A DNA stretch of 64,000 nt from Naegleria gruberi (taxonomy: Eukaryota), in the NCBI GenBank assembly GCA_000004985.1, contig GG738925.1; one strand, written 5' to 3'. Below are positions 53,031 to 61,947 of the stretch, one piece after another. The notes under the pieces were generated by a model, which ran no database searches, was not told where the DNA came from, and saw only the letters and a list, made by a program, of their open reading frames with translations. The position numbers were made by a program, and so were the translations under genes. Numbering within the stretch: the first letter of the stretch is position 1; each line of letters begins with the position of its first letter.

Positions 53031-53696
53031 TTATTTATTCATCTTTAATTTCAATTCATTCACTTGTTTAATCAGAGTTTCCTTAACACTTTGTGAACTT
53101 TCCAATTCAATTGCCTTTTCATAATTTCTAATTGCTTCTTCATATTTGTTAAGAGTTTCTTTCACTTTTGCCATTCTGGAATAAGCTTTGGAATAATTTG
53201 GATCTAACATGATTGCAAATGAACAAGCTTGTTCACTTTCTTCCACTCTCTTACAAAAGAACAATGCCGAAGCTAAATTACTATAATAAACAGCTTGTTC
53301 AGGAGCAATTAAACAAGCAGAAATATAAAGATCAACAGCTGTTGCAAATTTCTTATTCTTCAAATATTTGTTTCCTTCTTCCTTGTATAAATTAGCTAAT
53401 TGCTTATTAAATAATTCAACAGCTTGTCCTTGTTCCTTCTTTTTATATCCAGCTTGTTCCAATTTTTCCAAATATCTATAGACTTGATATTGAATATCCT
53501 GCTGACTCAGCAAGACTGTATGTCCAGTTAATTTAGAATTATATTCATATAATGAATAAATATAACGGGATGCTTGTGCCACTATAAATTCATTGGGTTT
53601 GTTTTTTTGAGTTGTTGTCGGTGTTGTTGGTGTTGTTGGAGTATTGCTGATGGCTTCTTGAATGGTTGGAGTTGATGGTTCTTGTTGTTGTTGCAT
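53031..53696 (-). CDS. TPR-repeat protein (Sgt/Hop-like TPR triplet)
   Basis: TPR-like helices GNKYLKNKKFATAVDLYISACLIAPEQAVYYSNLASALFFCKRVEESEQACSFAIMLDPNYSKAYSRMAKVKETLNKYEEAIRNYEKAIELE. Pro/Thr-rich N-terminus. ATG in an A-rich context. Confidence 0.7.
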   Translation of the reverse strand: MQQQQEPSTPTIQEAISNTPTTPTTPTTTQKNKPNEFIVAQASRYIYSLYEYNSKLTGHTVLLSQQDIQYQVYRYLEKLEQAGYKKKEQGQAVELFNKQLANLYKEEGNKYLKNKKFATAVDLYISACLIAPEQAVYYSNLASALFFCKRVEESEQACSFAIMLDPNYSKAYSRMAKVKETLNKYEEAIRNYEKAIELESSQSVKETLIKQVNELKLKMNK

Positions 53697-53931
53697 TTTT
53701 CTTATATTAAATTGTTATCTTCACAATCAATAATATTTTGATTGAATTAATTATTCGGATGGTAACATGAGGTAATTTAATATTATATTTAATATTATAT
53801 TTAATTGTTTTTCATCATGAATAGGATGAGGAAATTTAGATTTTATTATTCAAGCCTAATTAAAATGTTTTTATACATGTGTGTTGTTTGTTGATAAGAT
53901 GTGTAAATGTTATTGTTGGTAAGTTCAAAAT

Positions 53932-54504
53932 TTACTTTTGGAGAGCTTCTTCGTTTTGCTTCATGGCACTTTCCAGTATCCAATTATTGTATTCGGATTC
54001 AATTCTTTTAGTTTCATATTGTTCGAGTTGAACTTCAGAAATACCCTTCCACAAATCCTTCTTCAAAGCTCCGTGAATCTTTTCTGGTGTTTCCTTGGTT
54101 GGTTTTCCATTATAATAAAAGAGACCCCAAACTGAACCGTGTTTACCATCCTATTAGTATTATTAAATTATTATTATGAAGATGATGACATCCGCAATCA
54201 TTGTCCAAATATTAAATTCCAATATTAATTTTGTTAGTATAATTTCATCCACCATTAAATATAATATTCCAGTCAGCAATTCCTAAAAACTTTCGGAAAG
54301 AATACGTACAGCTGAGAGGTTAACTTTAGAAATTCTATAGTATGAATCAAACTTCCACGTCTTTCTCTTAAAGCACAAATCAATACCATTTCTAGGGGAT
54401 CTTGAGAGTAAATCATACAAGTTAGTACCCTTCTTGTTCAACTTTTCTGTTGTTTGAAGAGCGGCTTTGATATATTCAGTGGCTGGTTTAAGACTCTTGC
54501 TCAT
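53932..54504 (-). CDS. Small two-exon protein (137 aa), conserved-looking but unassigned. Exons complement(join(53932..54150,54310..54504)).
   Basis: Exon 1 MSKSLKPATEYIKAALQTTEKLNKKGTNLYDLLSRSPRNGIDLCFKRKTWKFDSYYRISKVNLSA|GTACGT. A 159-nt AT-rich intron ends TAATACTAATAG. Exon 2 DGKHGSVWGLFYYNGKPTKETPEKIHGALKKDLWKGISEVQLEQYETKRIESEYNNWILESAMKQNEEALQK*. Phase 0. Confidence 0.5.
54151..54309 (-). other. intron (159 nt)
   Basis: GCT|GTACGT...ACTAATAG|GAT. One of the two long introns supported here. Confidence 0.5.
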
Positions 54505-54816
54505 TTTTTATTAATTCATTTCTTTTCTTCATCATGATGAAAGAAGTGCTCTAGCGAAAATTTATCATTGCATAGAAAACAATTATTAGTAATAAGGATT
54601 CTAAACATGATGCCATTCAATAAATTAATTTATTCTTCAACATTTTCAAACCTTCCGATCACAGCATGAAAGATGTGAAGAATATTTAATTTTAGCCTTG
54701 TATTTTGCAAAAATTCAATCAATTTAAAAAATAAGACCTTGACTTGATTGGAAAATCATCATCAGCCTTTGAAGATTTATTAATCATTTTGAAAACAACA
54801 CAAACACAAACGGAAA

Positions 54817-55737
54817 ATGCAAGACTTTGATGCACAAAAATTTGCTAAACAAATAACACAATATATGAATAATAGAGGAAGTGGTGGAAGTGGAGGTAGA
54901 GCTTCAAAAGGATTCGGATTACTTGCATCAGGATTGGCCCTCATGGGTATTGCTGGTTTTTCTCTTTATAATTCAGTATTTGTTGTTGAAGGAGGTTTTA
55001 AAGCAATTAAATTTAATAGATTTACAGGAGTTGGTGATAGAGTTTATGGAGAAGGTTATCACTTACTTATTCCTGGTATTGAAAGACCAATTATTTATGA
55101 TCAAAGAGCAACACCAAAGGTTATTTCTTCAAATACTGGTTCTAAAGATTTGCAAACAGTCAATTTGAGTATTCGTGTTCTTTTTAAACCTGATGTTAAT
55201 AGATTGGATCAAATATATAGAAGTTTGGGAATGAATTATTCTGATAGAGTTATGCCAAGTATTGTCACTGAAGTTTTAAAGAGTGTTGTAGCTCAATTTA
55301 CTGCTGCTGAATTGCTTACAAAACGTCCAGATGTCAGTGCCAGAATTAGAGATTCATTAGTTGCTCGTGCCAGAGATTTCAATATTATCATTGATGATGT
55401 TGCTATTACTCATTTAAGATTTGGTGATGAATACAGTGCTGCTGTTGAAAGAAAACAAGTTGCTCAACAAGAAGCTGAACGTGCCAAGTTTATTGTTGAA
55501 AAGGCAAAGGAAGAAAAGAAATCAATGGTTTTGAAAGCTGAAGGTGAAAGTGAAGCTATTAGATTGGTTGGTGATGCTACCAAAAACAATACTGCCTTCT
55601 TGGATTTGAGAAAAATTGAAGCTGCTCAACAAATTGCTGACACAATTAGTCAATCACAAAACAGAATTTTCCTCTCATCTGACACTTTGCTCTTGAACTT
55701 GCAAAGTTTGGCTCAAACAACCAACATTGATAAATAA
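54817..55737 (+). CDS. PHB2: Prohibitin-2 (SPFH/band-7 family)
   Basis: 306-aa ORF. N-terminal TM segment GFGLLASGLALMGIAGFSLY, an SPFH domain and a coiled-coil match prohibitin-2 throughout, including QVAQQEAERAKFIVEKAKEEKKSMVLKAEGESEAIRLVGDA. Confidence 0.9.
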   Translation: MQDFDAQKFAKQITQYMNNRGSGGSGGRASKGFGLLASGLALMGIAGFSLYNSVFVVEGGFKAIKFNRFTGVGDRVYGEGYHLLIPGIERPIIYDQRATPKVISSNTGSKDLQTVNLSIRVLFKPDVNRLDQIYRSLGMNYSDRVMPSIVTEVLKSVVAQFTAAELLTKRPDVSARIRDSLVARARDFNIIIDDVAITHLRFGDEYSAAVERKQVAQQEAERAKFIVEKAKEEKKSMVLKAEGESEAIRLVGDATKNNTAFLDLRKIEAAQQIADTISQSQNRIFLSSDTLLLNLQSLAQTTNIDK

Positions 55738-55989
55738 ATTATTTCATTGACTCTCACTATTAAATCTTAATCCATTCAATCTATATACGATAGAATCCCT
55801 TAATTAGAGATGGAATTGCATTGGAGATTAAACTTTTAATCTTCGATCGCAGTAAAATGGCTAGTCCGCCAAAATCGGACAGGAACTTGCTTTTATTTTA
55901 AAATAAAAAAAAATTATCATCACAAGATTATAAATTGATTCCAATTTCATCATCTAACTAAATTCATAGTAAAATAATAATTAAATAGG

Positions 55990-56994
55990 ATGGTTGAATT
56001 TGCCACTCATACACCAGAAGCAGCGCTTCTCCATTTTTTGGAACCTTTTGATCGTGTATTATTCTCATGGTTGGAAAATTATGTTGATAATTTGGAGTTT
56101 GTGAAGGCTAATTTTCACTATTGCTACATGCATAATTATCCAAACGGAATTGTTGATGATGTTAATCATGGAAGACAACCATTCCCATTCCTTGTTGCTG
56201 GATTGTCATTATTCTCTTGTTTCCTTCTCTTTGTTTTATCTAAAGTGTTATCTCCACTCCTTTTTAAAGCCTACAGAAATTTAAGAGATGATTCCGATAG
56301 AGAAAAGTGGAATGTTAAATTTGTTAGTGCTCTTCATGCAGCATTTGTTTTCCAAGGAGCTTTTCGTTGTTTATTATATGGAGGAGGTTTATTCTTTAAT
56401 TCTGATCCCATCGATGATGGTTTGGTTGGTTTCCAAAAATTTTCTTGTGGATATTATACTGATTTGAGTAGATTTTACATGGCAATTACTTTTGGATATA
56501 TGTTTTATGATTTCTGGGTTTGTATTAGAGCTTACGGATTAACATTGGAAGGTATTTTCCCATCTCTTGTGATTCACCATTTCAATATTATCATTTCCTT
56601 CTTGTTGGCTCTCAAACTTGGAATGGGTCACTATTATTCTTTAAGTTTCATGACTAATGAAATCAGTCAACCATTCTTGCATTTGAGTTGGTTCTTAATT
56701 AAGAGTAAGGTTCCACAATTGCATCCTGTTTCAATTGTGAATGGTTTAATGTTGGTTCTCACATTCCTGGGAAGTAGATTCTTCTTTAATGCTTACATTT
56801 TCTATCACTTTATTGAAAAGACTTTTTCATTCCAACTTACTAACTGTTTGGGAATTGGTACATGGACTTGTTTGATCCATGTTGCTTGTAACTGGGATTG
56901 GTGTTGGTTGATGGTTAAGCAAATTAAGGGAATGATTGGAAAGAAGAAGGCACCACCAGCCAAAACTGAAGACGCAAAGGTTAAATCCGAATAA
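55990..56994 (+). CDS. Multi-pass membrane protein, TLC (TRAM/LAG1/CLN8)-domain-like
   Basis: Six to seven predicted TM helices. Conserved-looking His pair in FPSLVIHHFNIIISFLLAL. Lys-rich C-terminal tail. Confidence 0.5.
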   Translation: MVEFATHTPEAALLHFLEPFDRVLFSWLENYVDNLEFVKANFHYCYMHNYPNGIVDDVNHGRQPFPFLVAGLSLFSCFLLFVLSKVLSPLLFKAYRNLRDDSDREKWNVKFVSALHAAFVFQGAFRCLLYGGGLFFNSDPIDDGLVGFQKFSCGYYTDLSRFYMAITFGYMFYDFWVCIRAYGLTLEGIFPSLVIHHFNIIISFLLALKLGMGHYYSLSFMTNEISQPFLHLSWFLIKSKVPQLHPVSIVNGLMLVLTFLGSRFFFNAYIFYHFIEKTFSFQLTNCLGIGTWTCLIHVACNWDWCWLMVKQIKGMIGKKKAPPAKTEDAKVKSE

Positions 56995-57054
56995 ATTTAT
57001 GGCCATCTAAGTAAACAATCTTTTATTGCAGGGAGAATCAGTAATTTTCACTCA

Positions 57055-60000
57055 CTACTCGTTTAGTATTCTGTAGGAGAGCTTTGGGAAGAGAACAGTT
57101 TCCAAAAACCATGAGCTCAAAACAATTTCAATGAAAAGAATGGAGAAGAGAGAGAATGAAAGTAGAATGAGGGTTCCACACAGCAACGTTCCTACCATAC
57201 CAAAGATGTCTGAACCTCTGATAACTACCGATTTGAATTCACTCCTAGGGCACAAAATAACAGCATTATTAATACCTTTGGAAGGTTTGTCAAGGATTGG
57301 AATAACAAAGAAAGGTTTTGGAGCAGGAGTGATACGTTTGTTAGATTGTTGCACTTGTGAAATGTCATAATAATTTGAGGAAATGAAACATTTTGTTGAG
57401 GCGGATCCTAAGGCATAAAGACCATACTTATCAAATTCAGCTGAATATTCTGATGTTTGAGGATAATAATTGTTTTGATTGAATTGATAGATAACATCAC
57501 CTGCCTGTGAGCAACAAACCAAGTGATCACTATAACTCAATGCCAACACAAGGAAAGTTACAACCGATACAACAGCAATAAAGAGTAAAATTAGAGCTGG
57601 TATAAGAATTTGAAGTTGTCTTGCTCTTCTACTCTTGGTTCTGGATCCAAACAAGCTGAACCAAAATGTAAGTCCAAAACAAAATGGATCATTGTCTCGA
57701 AGTGTTTCAAATGTTGTGAGTTTCCTCTTCTTAATCTTTTCATAAAACTTGCAAGAAAATCCAATCATTAGAATGATGGCAACAAAACAAACCAAAGCAG
57801 TTATTGAAATAAGAGCATAGGTAGTAAATGGAAGGAATGTAAGCTCATTTGAAATTTTACCATCAGCCACAATAAAAGATATAATTTCGTGATGATAACT
57901 CTCATCTTGATTCCACACAGCCAAATACAAAGAGCTATTGACTGACTTTTGGTTTGCTGCCAATCCTGAAATATTGTTATAAGAAGAATAGTTATGAATA
58001 GAATTCAATGGGAATGTTAAGGAGTATTTGATCATAAAGAGTGAGGCAGACTCTGTGGCTGATTTAGAGTATTTGTATACTTCCTTTTCTAATTTTGAAT
58101 CTTTTGGTAGTATTTCATCAACATTCTCCACAGATAATTTTTCGAAAGCACATGTCAAAGAGAGATGGTCAAAGTTTGTTAAATTAGTTATATCCCAAAA
58201 GGTAAGTTCAATACGGAAGTTAGTTGTGGCCAAGTAATCATTTGGATTCAAAGTTGTTTCCTTAATTAAGCCTTCATTTTCTGCGGCTTTTTCACTAAAG
58301 TTCTTATAAAAAGCTCTCAAAATTTCATCAAGGTCAAAAGAGAAAAAGAATGGAATTCCTCTCTTTCTCTTTTTGGTTGAGCTTAAGGACTTGGAGATTT
58401 GTAATATTGAATCAGTAGTACCATTAACTCCTGTAGAATTATCGTTACCAACTAGCAAAACCGGATTTAATCCATCATAACGTTTGGTTAGACTAACTAC
58501 TGATGGGAAGGAGTTATATGAAACAACTGTGAGATCAATGTATGTTGAATTACATGTATTCCTGGTATTATTCCCTTCATAAATCGACTGATAAATAATT
58601 CTATCCAATGAACTAGTATAATAGTTATATTGAGGTACAGTGATAAGTAGATTGGAAAATGCATCGGCAACCAAATTACCTTCCTCAATGAAATTAATAG
58701 CTGTTTCATTGTATCCTACTATATTTGGAATAACATAAGGTTCCCTTCTATAAATTATGTGAGTTCCTCCATTATTCGTGCTGGCTACATAATTCAATGT
58801 AAGAAGCATGTCTGTATAGAATGTTGAATTGGGAAAATTGAAGGAATTGTCAAAGGATGTATCGTAGTCATCAGTATAGGGAGCTTCTCCAACTTTTGAA
58901 TAAAATAATAATGGATTATCTGAGGTGTTTCTAATCAAAACTACAGAAGTATGGATGACATGATATGGAAGAATATAATCTGAGCTTGATATTTTGGCTC
59001 CTGTGCTCAATAAATCAAAATCAGAAGAGTACATCTTTGAATTCAAGGTGTCAGTGTAGATTTGAGGGGTATCTATCCAGAAATCAACTTTGACACTTGA
59101 TGTATATTCTACATCATCTTTTTCAACTTTGTAAATAAATCCAAAATACCACTCATACTCATATATTGTGTTGACAAGCTCAATATGGCCACTAATCTCA
59201 TAACAGTCTCCTGTTTGCTTGAAATCATAGAGCTGGGTACTTGGAAATAAGCTCTTTCTAATATATACTTCCATGGAAGTAATTGGGACATGGTCGAGTA
59301 ATTTAAAGGAGTATCTTAAAAGATTGCCCAAAAATTTTGTACTATTGGAAGCTCTTTCAATTTTGAGTTTTGTTGAATAATGAATAGTGTTTGGCTCCTT
59401 CTTAACATATGTGACTGAATACTGTGTATTTCCATAACTTAAGAGAATTCTTTCATCATCAGTCAAATAGGATCTGACCTTGTAGTAACACTTAAATGGA
59501 CAAGCCTTTCCGTAGACAGCTATGTAGTAAGCTTGTTTTGTGTTCGACACATCCTTGTACAACCAAGCATTCTTCTTTTCTGTATCCAATTTAAAGGATG
59601 TAGGAAGTGTAAAATAGGATGAAGATGGTAATTTTGTCATTTGCCAATCATAAGGATAATTTGGTGTTTGAGAAGAGCTACTTTGGGCAGATGAAATCAA
59701 AATGTTGACAGAGTTTGCGTAAATGTCTGTAGTTTCAAATAAAACATTCAGAATGGCACTATCAGAATATGAAGTAACGTAATAATAACGCCATTGATAG
59801 AGCTGCAAATCTGAATCCACAATTTGGTCACTGTTAATGGCAGTGTTAATCATATTGGTAATCTTTGAATATACTGTGTAGGATATACTATCACTTGTCT
59901 GGGAAAAGGAGGTAAACACAATTGAGAATGTGTTAGATATACTCGATTCAAATTTAGAGGAGAAATATGGGATTGAAAGAGTATATTGGTATTGAGCTGA

Positions 60001-61518
60001 AACTACAATCAACTCCTCAGGTAATACCTTTCTACTATATAAATCTTGACCATTGTTTGATATCTTGATATTAAATCCTATCTTGTCTGAAAATAGATAG
60101 TTTATCATTACTATAGGATTTGAAAAAGTATCTACATCAGATGGTGATATTGTTATTTTGAACTTGTAACTATCTAGAGAGTAGTGGGATATTCTATCGG
60201 CAAGATTAGAACCAAGTGTTAATACTCTAGTAATAGCATTTGAAAAAATATTTAGAGAAACTGATCCAGATAATGAAGTAGAAGTATCAATAGACTGAGA
60301 AGCAGTGTGAGGGCTCAGTGAATAACTCAAAGTTGTTGAGGAAACAGTGGTATTATCAATTGTGAAATACATCCTCAAGTAAAGGTAACTCAAATATGAA
60401 GGAGAAACAGTAACATTAATAGTTCTATTATTATTATCGTCGTAATAAGAATCTATTATAATATTATCAAATGTGCATGAATAAACTAAATTGCTTTTAA
60501 TGCAATAAGTAGGATAAACAGGACATTTTAAAAACCCATTGTTATATGTACATGAGCTATTTGACAAAAATGTATATTCATAAGGAAATATAATTGAAAG
60601 ATTTTGTAATGTCAAATGAGATAATGAAGAAAATTGAAAATTAAAAGTAAAACTAGACGTAGAATCTGGTCCATTATTTGCTACTAGTAAATCAAAGAAA
60701 TATATATCCTTTGTGGCAAGTGTTACATCAATATTCCAATTACTACCATTTCTTGAAGATATGGCATAATTTGTTATATTTACATTATTACTAACATAAC
60801 AGTAATTCAATAATATTTCTGTTATACAAATATTACCTCCAGCACTAATGTAATTTGGTTTAAATATTGTTGTTGATGATTTTGTAAGTTGATTCAAAAT
60901 ATCATACTTTCTCGATAAAAATGAAAATTGTGAACATCCTCCACAAGAACATCCTCCTGATACAACGTTTGTGTCTGTCATATCGTAATTATTCAAACTA
61001 ATTGTCATATTTCCAGTTTGGGAAACATCATTCAGTTTGCATTTATCATACTGATAATAAACTACTCCATGCATGGAATAAAGCTTATTTGATGATTGAA
61101 TTGGATTTGAAAATGTAATTTCTCCATCATTCCAATTATTGCTGCCTGAACATGTGTATAAACTTTGATCACAAATCTTACAAGTTGATGGAAGTGCATT
61201 TGTATTAGAGTATGAAAGAAGAACGTAATATTGAGAAAATCCATTTGGGCATCTATATGTACTACCTTCAACACCATATGGGAATATAACACCACAAAGA
61301 AGGAAAATCAAACAAATCATAATACAATTTTTTAAATCCAATTTAGACTTTTTAAATATTTCCACACCATCAAAAAGAAATTCTGTAATATAATCAAACT
61401 CTCGCACCACTAAACTATTGTCAAATAATAATAAATGTTTGTTTTGAAGTCGGTGCTCCATTTCCGTTCGTTTTGTTAATGGTTGTAGTTGTGAGGCAAC
61501 AACACCATTCTCATGCAT
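57055..61518 (-). CDS. Giant (1487-aa) Ser/Thr/Asn/Tyr-rich membrane glycoprotein: N-terminal signal-anchor, very large extracellular region and three C-terminal TM helices
   Basis: ATG in a poly-A context. Hydrophobic IMICLIFLLCGVIFPYGV near the N-terminus. Dozens of N-x-S/T sites. C-terminal TM segments (YALISITALVCFVAIILMIGF, ILIPALILLFIAVVSVVTFLVLAL, MVGTLLCGTLILLSFSLFSILFIEIVL). No recognised domain. Confidence 0.55.
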   Translation of the reverse strand: MHENGVVASQLQPLTKRTEMEHRLQNKHLLLFDNSLVVREFDYITEFLFDGVEIFKKSKLDLKNCIMICLIFLLCGVIFPYGVEGSTYRCPNGFSQYYVLLSYSNTNALPSTCKICDQSLYTCSGSNNWNDGEITFSNPIQSSNKLYSMHGVVYYQYDKCKLNDVSQTGNMTISLNNYDMTDTNVVSGGCSCGGCSQFSFLSRKYDILNQLTKSSTTIFKPNYISAGGNICITEILLNYCYVSNNVNITNYAISSRNGSNWNIDVTLATKDIYFFDLLVANNGPDSTSSFTFNFQFSSLSHLTLQNLSIIFPYEYTFLSNSSCTYNNGFLKCPVYPTYCIKSNLVYSCTFDNIIIDSYYDDNNNRTINVTVSPSYLSYLYLRMYFTIDNTTVSSTTLSYSLSPHTASQSIDTSTSLSGSVSLNIFSNAITRVLTLGSNLADRISHYSLDSYKFKITISPSDVDTFSNPIVMINYLFSDKIGFNIKISNNGQDLYSRKVLPEELIVVSAQYQYTLSIPYFSSKFESSISNTFSIVFTSFSQTSDSISYTVYSKITNMINTAINSDQIVDSDLQLYQWRYYYVTSYSDSAILNVLFETTDIYANSVNILISSAQSSSSQTPNYPYDWQMTKLPSSSYFTLPTSFKLDTEKKNAWLYKDVSNTKQAYYIAVYGKACPFKCYYKVRSYLTDDERILLSYGNTQYSVTYVKKEPNTIHYSTKLKIERASNSTKFLGNLLRYSFKLLDHVPITSMEVYIRKSLFPSTQLYDFKQTGDCYEISGHIELVNTIYEYEWYFGFIYKVEKDDVEYTSSVKVDFWIDTPQIYTDTLNSKMYSSDFDLLSTGAKISSSDYILPYHVIHTSVVLIRNTSDNPLLFYSKVGEAPYTDDYDTSFDNSFNFPNSTFYTDMLLTLNYVASTNNGGTHIIYRREPYVIPNIVGYNETAINFIEEGNLVADAFSNLLITVPQYNYYTSSLDRIIYQSIYEGNNTRNTCNSTYIDLTVVSYNSFPSVVSLTKRYDGLNPVLLVGNDNSTGVNGTTDSILQISKSLSSTKKRKRGIPFFFSFDLDEILRAFYKNFSEKAAENEGLIKETTLNPNDYLATTNFRIELTFWDITNLTNFDHLSLTCAFEKLSVENVDEILPKDSKLEKEVYKYSKSATESASLFMIKYSLTFPLNSIHNYSSYNNISGLAANQKSVNSSLYLAVWNQDESYHHEIISFIVADGKISNELTFLPFTTYALISITALVCFVAIILMIGFSCKFYEKIKKRKLTTFETLRDNDPFCFGLTFWFSLFGSRTKSRRARQLQILIPALILLFIAVVSVVTFLVLALSYSDHLVCCSQAGDVIYQFNQNNYYPQTSEYSAEFDKYGLYALGSASTKCFISSNYYDISQVQQSNKRITPAPKPFFVIPILDKPSKGINNAVILCPRSEFKSVVIRGSDIFGMVGTLLCGTLILLSFSLFSILFIEIVLSSWFLETVLFPKLSYRILNE

Positions 61519-61758
61519 TTTTTTTTATTGTAGCAGCAAGGCTTGTTTTTAGTCCTACAGAATTGGAGCGAGGGTGATACGAACATCGTACAAAGGAGTC
61601 GTTGTTAGAAGTGAGTTCGGGGGAGAGAATTGTTTTCTAATTATTAATAGTCTATCTCTCAAATGTAAGATATGAACAATTTGATAAGGGTTTTTTATTT
61701 GTAATAATTTTATTCAATACCAAGATATTTTCATTTTACAATTTAAATATTTAAAAAA

Positions 61759-61947
61759 ATGGAAGGATGTTGTGGAGGTGGAATATTTAAAGAAGATATT
61801 ATTTTAAAGATGAAACAATTTGCTGCCTCGTCATCGGGATCGGAAAGTATGAGCATTATGGATATGATGCATTTTGTAGCATCTGTTATTTTCCCAGTTC
61901 TATTATTTGTGTTTTGTTTGTACATTGTTTTAAAGAGAAAAGATTAA
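61759..61947 (+). CDS. possible small tail-anchored membrane protein (62 aa)
   Basis: ATG after A7. Ends with the hydrophobic segment VASVIFPVLLFVFCLYIVL followed by KRKD. It overlaps the 3' end of the convergent gene by 4 nt. Weak support. Confidence 0.25.
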   Translation: MEGCCGGGIFKEDIILKMKQFAASSSGSESMSIMDMMHFVASVIFPVLLFVFCLYIVLKRKD

